From Eledone cirrhosa (taxonomy: Eukaryota), in the NCBI GenBank assembly GCA_964016885.1, contig OZ024743.1, positions 84,816,001-84,880,000 on the forward strand: 64,000 nucleotides of DNA, given 5' to 3'. Position numbers and translations under genes: made by a program. The notes beneath the pieces were generated by a model. The model saw only the letters and a program-made list of their open reading frames with translations. It was not told where the DNA came from and did not search any database. This document shows positions 40,401 to 51,600 of the stretch, in pieces (position 1 is the first letter of the stretch; every line of letters starts with the position of its first letter).

Positions 40401-41144
40401 CTGTTAATATAAAACATATAACACATTATATCACTATATGTTAATATATAACACCACCACCGTCACTATATCTGTCTGTCAGCTGTTAATATATAACACA
40501 TTGTATCATCCTTTTATTTCATTTCATTTTATGTCCGCTTTTTCCCTGCTTGCAAGGGTGTGACGGAACTGATTCTGGCTTGATTTCTACAGCTGGATGC
40601 CCTTCCTAACACCAACCTCATTTACAGTGAGTGCTGGGTGCTTTTTTGCCGTGGCACCTCCACAAGCACTTTGCAGTGGAATGATATGGACCCCAGTCCC
40701 TATCATCTCATTTCTACAGCTGAGTAAACTGGAGCAATGTGAAATAAAGTGTCTTGCTCAAGGAAACAACACATCACCCGGTCTGAGAATTGAACTCACA
40801 ACCTTTTAATATACAACACACAGCAACATCTTCACTATATTTGCCTGACTGTTAGGTATTAATATATAATACATTATATAACTATAATAATAGTGAAAAT
40901 TATTGAGTACAGTGCACTACAACTCATCAAAGGTACATGTATAGTACATAAAATAATGTACAAATGTCAGGAAAGTAAACAGTGTATGAGTCATGACACA
41001 CACACATGCATGTGTATGGAGAGGGAATTGTCTGATTTTGTAAGCATGTCTACAGGTGTTAGACACATGGAATTCAAAATGTAAATATCTAACTCATAAC
41101 AAAACCACCATCACTATATCTGACTGTCAGCTGTTAATATATAA

Positions 41145-42299
41145 TCTGTTAGACATGCAGAGACTAACAACAGAATGTTTTAAGTCTGCGTGTCTGACAT
41201 ATATGCGTAGCTTGTGAATAAAAAATTCAAGGGGTGTCGCTGGCCGTGGTGATGATCGCTGCCAAACATGTTTTGTAATGTATCGTCTTATTGGCTAATC
41301 AACCAACGAGAGTAATTGTTGCTCAAAAGCATCTGCCATTTTGTTTGCACGTTTATTTATCGTTTTGCTTTTGAATCTTCCTCCTGTATTCCGTCGTTTA
41401 TCATCAAAATATTGTTCTCGTTTTGGTAAGTTATATTGTTAATTTATATATGATTTTTTAAAAATTTATATTAACTATTTTTTTTCAGCTCGTTATAACA
41501 TGCTTATAATATTGGTTGTATCATATTTACTTGTATATTTGTCCATATTATTGTTCGTTTTATGTTAGATTATTTTATTATTATTATGTTAGACTATTTG
41601 TATGTAATATTTAATTTTTATTAATTCAACTATAACAATTATTATGCAAAATATATCTATTTAATATTGATTGTTTTTTGTAGTTTTTTATATTAAAAGT
41701 CTGAAAATATTTTTATACATCTTACAATAATATTTATAAGATCATTTATAAAATAACAATTATATAATCTAACTACATTACAGCGATAATTTATTATTAA
41801 TATATATCATGTTTAACTAGAGTTATTACAATCGTTGCCTTAAAAACATATTAAACTAGACCTGAAAAATGCGAAAGCTCAAAAGAGCCACAGAATGTTA
41901 TAACAAACCTTCAAAAGTGTGGGACTAGAGTTGTTGCTCAAAAATATTGTAATCATTATCTATTGTACACTCTGTGGCATCCTTTTATAAAAAAGAGACT
42001 CATAACGAACTCAAGACGACACGATAATTATTTAAGTGAATTTATAATATAGAATTCGGTTTAAGTGCATTTCGTATTATTCATTACTAAACATCTAATA
42101 TGAGATATTGAACATTAGCTTAAATAATTATTGTGTCGTCTTGAGTTCGTTATGAGTCTCTTTTTTATAAAAGGATACCACAGAGTGTACGATAGATAAT
42201 GATTACAATATTTTTGAGCAACAACTCTAGTCCCACACTATTGAAGGTTTATTATAACATTCTGTGGCTCTTTTGAGCTTGCGCATTTTTCAGGTCTAG
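41145..42299 (+). mobile_element. Non-autonomous Helitron-like insertion containing a ~180-bp-arm inverted repeat
   Basis: Termini A|TC...CTAG|T, no TSD, subterminal hairpin gctc-tttt-gagc. Removing it restores the flanking local repeat unit. Confidence 0.6.
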
Positions 42300-42788
42300 T
42301 ATATAATATGTCATATCGCTGTATGTTAATATATAATACATAACAACAAAACCATCACTATATCTGTTTGACTGTCAGCTGTTCATACATCATAACATCT
42401 CCACAACGACAGCAACACCTTTACTATCTCTCTGACTGTCAGCTATTAATTAATATAGAATATATATCACATTAGTCTGAGTGTTAGCTGTTAATACATA
42501 ATAACACCATAACATCTGTTAATACATAATGAACAATCCATCATCATCACTGTCTTTCTGAACATGTAAAGACTCTGTTGTGTGTGTGAGATAGATAGAT
42601 AGATAGAAAAAGAGGGGGAGGGAGGGATATTAATATTTTACTGACAACAAAGCAAATATCTCCTTAGGTAAATAGGCAATATGTCAGCAACAAGTGAAGG
42701 AACGAGGATTAGAGAATATGTCTTCCTTGGCCAGCTCATTTTCATTAATGATGCATAATGTGCAATTATTGGAGACCTGAAAGTATAT

Positions 42789-43547
42789 TCCCGAGAAGAC
42801 CTGCAAGAGATGACAAACGTTCTAAATGACAATGCAGAGAAAGTTGGCCTGCGCACCAGTTGTGAAAAAACCAAGACCCTGTCGACAGGTGACCCTCCAA
42901 ATCCTCTCATCATGGTTGGTCAGCGTAACATTGAATGTGTAAACCACTTCCAATACCTTGGCAGCAACATCTCTGACGATGGGGATGCTGAGGTGGATGT
43001 GCGCACAAGGCTGGGAAAAGCAGCAGCGGTCTTCCAGCGACTCCGTCCGGTATAGTCCAGGTGTTCCATCGGCAACGCCGTCAAATTCCGTGTTTACATG
43101 TCCATTGTAGTACCAACAGCGATATATGCCTGTGAGACATGGAAGAGTACGGAAAGTGTATGTAACAAGCTCGATGTATTCCACCGTCGTTGCATTCGGA
43201 CCATATTGAAAATTTCATGGAGAGACCAAGTTAGCAACGAGGAAGTGATGAGGCGGTCAGGATTGGAGAGGTTAAGGGACATTGTCTGGAAAAGGAGACA
43301 GCGGTTCGCATGCCACATCCTTCGTTTGCCGGCAGATCGACCTGCTCATATTGCCATGGATTGGGTACCAGAGGGTGGCAGGAGAGAACGGGGAAGACCA
43401 CGAAAAACATGGCGGAGCACATTCAGGGAGGACCTGCGGGAGATGGGAATTACCTGGAGAGGTGCTAGAAGGGCCGCCAGTGACAGGATCAAGTGGAGGA
43501 AGCTCGTCGCCCAATGTTCCACAAGGGACTGGAGGAACTAAGACTAA
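42789..43547 (+). mobile_element. Young 5'-truncated RTE-clade LINE with 10-bp target-site duplication
   Basis: ORFs 42810-43055 and 43098-43541 share one frame and are separated by a single TAG. They carry the RTE RT C-terminal motifs FQYLGS, YACETW and GRPRKTW. TAAGAC-type tail. TSD gaaagtatat at 42779-42788 and 43548-43557. Confidence 0.93.
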
Positions 43548-43642
43548 GAAAGTATATAACCACAACAAGCATTTTGTAACCATTTTCCCTGTTAAAGCAG
43601 GGGTTAATAGCAAGGGATTTGTAAATGAAGAGAGCAACTCAC

Positions 43643-43892
43643 ATCGAAGTAGACGGGCAGTTTGTGACGATGAAACACTGTCCAGAAGGTCGTTTACATT
43701 TGTCTCTTTGTCATCTTCATCACTGTTGGAGAGAAGGTCACGTGCAATCTCCTCTTTGTCTAGGGTGAGATCCTGACTACTGAGAATCTCTTCTTCACTA
43801 CTTGATCGGGTGTCTTGGTAACCAGAATCCATTACGGGGGTGTTATTACAACCATACATAGCCAGTAAATTCTCTAATGGCATTTCTCCCTC
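43643..43892 (-). CDS. MIER1: MIER-family ELM2-SANT co-repressor, most 5' coding exon found in the window (acidic N-terminal region)
   Basis: Acceptor ttttcag|GAG and donor CGAT|gtgagt. Translates EGEMPLENLLAMYG...QDLTLDKEEIARDLLS...ARLLR, matching the MIER motifs EGxMPxxxLLxxYG and LDKEEIAxDLL. 250 nt, phase 0 in, phase 1 out. Confidence 0.95.
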
Positions 43893-45852
43893 CTGAAAAC
43901 AAACAAAATAACAACAATAATAATAAAAAAAAAGAAAAAATACAGAAAGTGAAAATAAATTTAAAAGAGTAGGAATCTTGTAATTCTGCCCATAAATGGT
44001 ACATTTACATTAACGTTTAACATCCTGTAATGATTTAGCAGACAATACCAAACAACAGGTTTCTAAATTTAAATGTTTACAGTATCTTTACTAGTGGACA
44101 GGTTGTGAAAATTTGCAATAATACATTAAAGACTTTAATATTTTATGTAATGTAGTCATAGAGCTGTACTTTTTCAAGAATGTCATGCAAACATGGTTAA
44201 ATGTGGTACAGGATGTTAAAAGTTAATAGTTTGAAATAATAAAGCATATAGTCTCATTCTTGAAATACAGCCCAGGAGTAACACAATCACACAATGGATG
44301 CTATTTATGGTGATTGATGACAAATGAGAGGTTGAGTGCCTGAATAAAGACTAATTAAATGATACGGTTGGTTGGCCTGTTGGTTGATCAGAGGAAACAA
44401 CAGACAATGGTAATTTGTTGTGAATAGAATAAGAAACAACCTAGCAGCTAACAATAGGAGAAAGTGTCATTAAAACAAAAACAACAACAAAAAAGGTAAA
44501 TGTTTGATTGGAAAAGGGTTAAAATACCATCGACTAAGATCGAAAAGCACTAAAAAGCCATAGAAATATAATACAGTGAAATAGCAGTGAGACAGGACAA
44601 TCGGACTTTGATGAGTGGTTAAGGCTGAAAAATGAAGACAGTGAGTACATCTTTACAAAATGGCTTTAAACATACATGTGTGTGTGTATATACATATATG
44701 TGCATGTTTGTATATATATATATATTCATGCAACAGATCAAATATAAAGAGAAACTGTTAAACCACAAGTGAAAACTAATTCAGTATATAAATTAATTAG
44801 ATTCAATCAACATAATCAATGGATTCAATTATTTACTGAAAAATCAATTCAAATACTGTCTTTAAATCAATTAAGTGTGTAGGGTTGTTAATTAAAGAAA
44901 ACAATAAGATATTAACCCCATAGTTATCATTTTATGACCCTCCTTCCATGGATCTATGTGTTGGAAGAAGCCTGGAGTTTATCCCAGTTTTCATGAGTGT
45001 TAAGCCAGTCTGTTGCATGGCTCACTTCCACTTTACCAGTATTCACTTCAGCTGAGTGAACTGCAGCAATATGAAATGATCTACTCAAAAACAAAATATG
45101 CTACAGTTTGGGAATTTAACCCATGACTTTATGAGGAAGAGCCCAACACCCTTGCCACATCATCACAATGTCTATATATTATATACACATGTATTTTATA
45201 TAATACAGTGGTTGCAACCTGATGCCATCCGTTACACTGGGGCATGGTTTTGAAGGACATGCTACAATTTAAATTAAGGCAAATTGATGGTCTTATTTAT
45301 ATATAATATATATTATATATCATCATCATTGCAACCACAGTCGGACATTACACACGCACATGTATTTCATGACTCGTACACTGTTCATTTTCCTGACATT
45401 TGAACATTATTCTATGTACTATACATGCACCTTTGATGAGTTGTAGTGAACCTGAGCACTGTACACAATAATTTCATTATTATTATTATTTAAAACAATT
45501 TAGATATACATCACTTCTGTATGAGCAAGCACAGTTACCTGATCTGACTTGTCTCACAATGGGACAACTCACCTAACCCATGCTAGTACCATCATCAGAT
45601 ATTTTACACACAGAGACATAACCAAAACAGTTACACTAACAAGTTTTATTTACTGAGCTTATGCAATCTCTCTTAATTCTATCCCAAAAAGAATATTGAT
45701 GATATATTCTGTTATTCAAAGATTTTAGGGAGAACTGCAAAGAAAGCACAGATAATTGTTGTATGAAATGCTCTGCTGTGTCTATAAAGTGATTTGTTCT
45801 CGTTGTCACTGTAAGTTGGTTCCCTTGCTAAGCTGCCTTGATATGTTTTCTG

Positions 45853-46245
45853 TCAATATTGGAGCCTGTCAGTGTCGACTGCTGTGATGGCAAGCACCGA
45901 GACAGGATAACACCTTTCCCATTTGAACAGTGTAAATCCTTAATCTAGGATGCCACATTCTCTGATACTAACTTCATTGCCTTGGCCATAAACCAGGGCA
46001 TGGATGCCTGTAATGCAACTGGGTGGGAAGCAATCAGATACTGAGCTTTGACTGATAACTTCCTTTTTGTGTCATTTGCTGTCAAGACCTCTGATATACT
46101 AAGTCCCCAAGTTGCTGCTTTCCTCTGCAAAATCAGATGTGCACCACACCTGAGGAAAAAGGAGCCCTGTGAAGTGGAATGACTGCTGCAGTGATTGTTG
46201 CTTTCTACTCTTCATGGCAATGCTTTTGCCATCTTTTCTGCAGGG
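45853..46245 (+). mobile_element. Decayed restriction-like endonuclease domain of a CRE-type non-LTR retrotransposon
   Basis: One frame with 4 stops: SILEPVSVDCCDGKHRDRITPFPFEQCKSLI*DATFSDT...FVSFAVKTSDILSP...LHGNAFAI. It parallels the LEP..DGKRPDG..WDAT..DT..PFAVET..RGNA pattern. Confidence 0.65.
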
Positions 46246-47424
46246 GTGGGGGCCATAGATGAGATGTATCATGCAACCAATGGCATAGAGTTTGGCCCCT
46301 CTTCAAAAATTTTAAAATTATTTGCTCCCCTCTTTTCTGTCTTCCTGTTTATTATATATATACATGATGATACACACACACATACTTTCATTATTGTATA
46401 CTTCTCTTTACTAATAAATATTTCCTAACTAAAAAAATAGTAATTACAGCAGGTTATAGGGTATCTACTGAGTCCTATAGACTACCACTATAATCAAATC
46501 TGAAATAGACCTAACACGGGATATCTGTAAAAAGATGGTGTCTTATCAACTGTGGACACTAAGATTAACACATTAACCCTCTTCCCACTATATTTCTATT
46601 ATCATTTGCCCTACTTTACTCTCATTCTGTTTAATTCAAGCCTTTCATTACCATATTTATAATGAAAAATACAACCTATGATTTTCAAAATCATATCAAG
46701 AATTTGGAGGAATTGTGTAATATAACAAACTTTCTCACTATTAAGCTGGCGTTAAGGACATGAAAGTTGATAATTAAAATTATGAGGTAAGGTTTTTAGA
46801 TAAATATAAATACTTTAAAAGAAACAGTTTTGTACCATAGAACCATAGGTAATTGGTATTGAAAGGATATACCTGGAGAAGATTTGCTAACTTGCCCCAA
46901 ACAAGGGTTAGTTTCAGGTGGCTTGGCATCAAAAGAGCTAATTATCTAGAGAGGAAGACTGGGTAACCTGCTCAAACCAGGGTCAGTTTGGGATTAAAAG
47001 AGTTTATTGTCCTTCATCTATCTCCTAATGGCTTACCTGTTGCAGGTAACCAACAATAACTCCATTAACCTCTCATCATAAAACTGATGTTTCTTTACCC
47101 TTATTTGTTATAGGTCATACACACACATGCTGTTTTGATGAGCAGCTATCAATCTGGACTGGCCCTATGTTTCCAATTCTACACCATTCCAAAATAAACC
47201 TGTAATCTTCTGCCCCATCCTATCATATCCTGCTGCAATTATCAGGTAAGTGGTAGGTATGACAGTGCAGAAACAGGTGAGAGATGATGTCAGCTTTGAG
47301 ATTAGAGATTGACAGAGTCACAACACAATCATGCAGGCCTCTACACAACCAGAAAACATTATCAAGATAACTCAATGATGAGAGAGAAATAAGCACTCAC
47401 TATATATATATATATATATATATA

Positions 47425-47521
47425 CAGGGTGTGTCCCCAAAAATGTATACACACTTCAACAGCATTCTAATATTGCCTGTATAGGTAATCAAAGTGTGTA
47501 TACACTTTTTGGGACACCCAT
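47425..47521. mobile_element. Short Tc1/mariner MITE
   Basis: TIRs cagggtgtgtccccaaaaatgtatacacactt and aagtgtgtatacactttttgggacaccc, located in a (TA)n run. Confidence 0.75.
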
Positions 47522-48369
47522 ATACACACACACACAAACAAACACAGCCAGATGAAGCAACTAAGCTGAAACTTGGAAACTAGACCCTCCCCCCAGTATT
47601 GAGTGCACATTCAGTAAACACATTCTAACATATATATATACACACACACACAACATTGTTTGACCAATGTTGTATAAGATAATACAGAGTAGCTGAAGTA
47701 GACACTAACTTATGTGGAGAGGAATTAAAGTAGCACAGAGGGGGTGAGAGAGACATCGACATCTAGAAAAAGCAAGTCTCAGTGAACTTTGGCTTTCATC
47801 CATTTAAAGTCAATAAAAAAGTACCAAGTTTACTACTAGGGTCGATTCTTCCTCCCACTCTTTCCTTCCCCAAAAGAAATCTGCTGTATTCAAACCTAGA
47901 GAGATGGGCTCTGCCAGGTTTAAAGCCCTAGAAATGCAATGTCAATATGATGCCCCTACGAGAGTTACAAGTCCAGACACACAGACAAACACCACTCAAT
48001 CCTCTTATTACCGAGAGACAAATGTTCCTGCTCTCTTTATTACCAAGGTACTCATGTTTCTAAGAACAGGGTACCCGTTGCTCATCTTACTAAAAGACCA
48101 AGGTAATTGCTCCCTTTATTACTAATGGACCAGTGCACCTGTTGCTCTTATTACTGAAAGACCAGGCTACTTGTTCCCATATTACCGTGAAGCCAGGGAT
48201 ATTAAAATTTTCCTGACACATTAGGTTTTGTTAGATACACAAAATTAATAAACAAACAATTAAATACCATATAACACGTCACCAGTCCTGTGTCTAATTG
48301 TATACAAAGTTGTCAAGATCTTAAGTATAGTTCATAGCCAAATATATGTGAAAATTTATCAGATTTTAC

Positions 48370-48614
48370 TTAACCCTTTTGTTACCATATTTCTAATGAA
48401 AGACTATGATTTTCAAATGATTTTGAAAAATTGTCAAGAATCTGAATGGATTTAGTAATATAATTAACTTTCTTGTAATTTATCTGATATTTGGAACATA
48501 ACTTATAGGTTCTTGCTTAAAATTATCATGGAAGGATCTTAAATATAAACACTTTACAACTTTGTATTATAGAACTAAGGACACTTTCATGCACTTTAGT
48601 ATCAAAAGGGTTAA
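48370..48614. mobile_element. Second TTAA-flanked MITE family (copies near 20210, 32000-32180, 46630, 49690, 52595, 56755, 57452)
   Basis: TTAA|cccttttgttac...gtatcaaaaggg|TTAA termini and a recurring atatttctaatgaaa motif. Confidence 0.7.
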
Positions 48615-51600
48615 TTTTACAACACACCTAAAAACTATCAACAACAGTTTAGAAAGCTGAGTGAGATAGGTAGATGGATGGATGTATATATATATGAGAG
48701 TAAAAAAGAAGTTTTTAAAAGTTGAATAAAAACGGTGTAAAAATCAGATTTGATCACTAGTAGTAAAGGAAAGGGGCTGGTTATCAGATTGGTTAAAGGA
48801 AACTATATTTCCATTGCTGATACTCTCAGCCAGTTACAACCGGCAGGTGGGATTTGAACTCAGAATGCACAGGGTTGAATCAGGGTCTGCAAACGACCCT
48901 GTCCTAATTCTTTAATATTTCTGCCAATCCACTTCCCCTGGATTAGTACATTAGTTATCAACCCTGAAAGATAAAGTTGACTTCGCTTGGATTACAATAC
49001 AGAGGAGACATTTCATCTGACACACTAACATCACTTCTAACATTCATTTTTTCCACTGTGATACAAGATCAAATAACTGTCTTGCTCATACAGAACCGTT
49101 TCTGGCTTGATGCCCTTCCTAATGCCAACTTCATTTACAGCATGGACTGAGTAATTTTTCATCATGTCACCAACATGACCACTCTACAGGGCAGACTAGA
49201 TGCTTTTTGTTGTCACCATGACCACTCTACAGTGTGGACTGGGTGCTTTTTGTTGTGACACCTACACAACCACTTCACCATCTATTGTATTAAATATGAT
49301 GGCAATGGTTAATAAAAGTTAGGACACAGTGTGGGGCTGGGTGGATTTGTAAAGATATAAAAAATATTGTATCAACAAAGTAAATAACAGTGAATTATGT
49401 TTATAAAATTGAAATTTATTTAAATACAAGTTTTTTTTCATTTTTTAAATAATTTTAAGCACTGAAGCCCAAATCTCCAATTAGTAGAATAATTAAATAA
49501 ATTGAAAATTCTACAAATGTAAATAAATATTGATTTCTCAAAGGCATTCATGTAGAGTTGAGTAAATCAACATCAGTACAAAACTAGTATTTATTTTATT
49601 AACACAAGTACAATGAATAGCAAAGTCTACCTCAGTGGGATTTGAACTCAAGACGTGAAGGGATGTAACTAGATACTGCAAATATATTTAACCCTTTTGT
49701 TACAAAAACCGTCTGAAACAATCCCTGTTTCAATGATATATAGCCGTTTATTTTTAAATGTTTGTATTTATCTAAAAAAACTTCCAGCATCATTTTATAT
49801 AAGAACCTTTGTTATGTTCCAAACAACAGCTTATCAAGACAGTTATATCACTAAATCCCTCTAAATTCTTGATAATTTTCTAAATCATAGTCTGTTTTGT
49901 ATTAGAAATACAATATATATATATATCTATTTAAAAATCTCCCATGTAAAATCTCCTATGTAAAAACATTTATTAAGTAATGTTTAAAACACAAACTTAA
50001 TGAGACATTTATATTACTAAATTCCTCCAAATTCTTGATAATTTTCAAAATTTTGAAAATCATAGGGAGAATCTTTCGTTTAAAACACAGGAATGAAAGG
50101 ATTTATCTGTCACCACAACCAAGTATAATATGACTGTTCTTAACATTGGGACAAGGCCAGCAATATGGGGAAAAGGGAAAGTTGATTATATCAACCTCAG
50201 TACTTAACTAGTACTTTATTTTATTGACCCTGGAAGGATGAAAGGCAAAGTTGGCTTCAGTGGGATTTCAACTCAGAGTATAAGTCAGCAGAAATGTTGT
50301 AAAACATTTATCCAGTACCCTAACAATTTTACCAATCCACAGCCCGCTTAATAAAAACAACAACCCTTTAATAAATAGATAATTGATAAATAATAGTGAT
50401 TTGTTTTATTTGCCCCAAAGGCATTGGATGAAGGAAACATTACAAAAACAATTTACAACACGAAATTATGAATTTTATATAGAAATGATAAAACAAATGA
50501 AGATTTTTAAGTCATATGGGCATTGGACTTTATTATTCTGTGGGTGGGGGTGGCTGGATATAGTTCATGAGATGGATACTGATACTTGACTAATGGTTAT
50601 TCTATTGACCATGGAAGAATGAAAAATCAAGTTGACTTCAGTCATATATTTTGTCAGGCAATTTTACTCTCTTTTACTCTTACCTGTTCCAGTCATCTGG
50701 CTGATACCAGAATATAAATTTTACTAAATTAGAAATTTAAGCCAAGATAAATTTTAGTTAATCATCAACATTATTTTATGTTTCCCTTTTCATGCTTGCA
50801 TGGGTCTTTTACAGCACAGTATCTCTTCATTTGTTGCATTTCTTCATTGTCATCTTTGTACGTAACAGCAATCACATCTGTCCAGGTCTTTCTTGGTCTT
50901 GGTAAACTAAGAATGTATTTTAGTACAGTTTAGAAATAACATTGTTTATCTGTAGTCCCTGCTTTGGCAAAGATCGGTCTCAAGATTAACTTGTTCACAC
51001 TGGAGCTTGAGTGTTAATTACAAAGCCTCCATTATGAATGTGCAATTGATACTACAAAAAGTGCAAGTGACTCCAAAAGATTTTCTCATCTTTGGGTCAC
51101 TAATAATACTCCAACCTGCCATCTGATCGATTAACAAGCCCAAGCTTCACCAGCTTGAAATTTTCATGAGCAGACAGCATCTGGTTATCTTCCTGCATTA
51201 AGAAATAATGATTTTGAAACTACTTGGGAAGGAATACTCCCCAGAATAGAAACAGCAAGTCTTATATAGAATATTAAACTAAAACACCTCTAGAATGAAA
51301 TAGAAGAGGACAGAATATATATAAATATATACCACCATATGTCCACTATCTAAGCTGTATGGGCCAGACAGACAATTCTGATTTGGCATTAGTGCTTTTC
51401 TAGAAGGGGACCATGGCATAGCTTCTACCACCGGGAGCCCTTCCTAACAAACATCACTATAGAGTGTACTGAGTGCATTTTATCAAGTCACCAACACTAG
51501 AGAGGTTGCCTTGTCATCATCTACCAGCCTAAGTCCTCTCTATGTATGCTCAAAGTAAATATGAGAGGATGAACAGAAGAGAGTATGATGGGAGAAAGAT

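Noticed and set aside
43282-43776. 164-aa plus-strand ORF
   Set aside because: An off-frame LINE reading joined to the antisense of a MIER exon.
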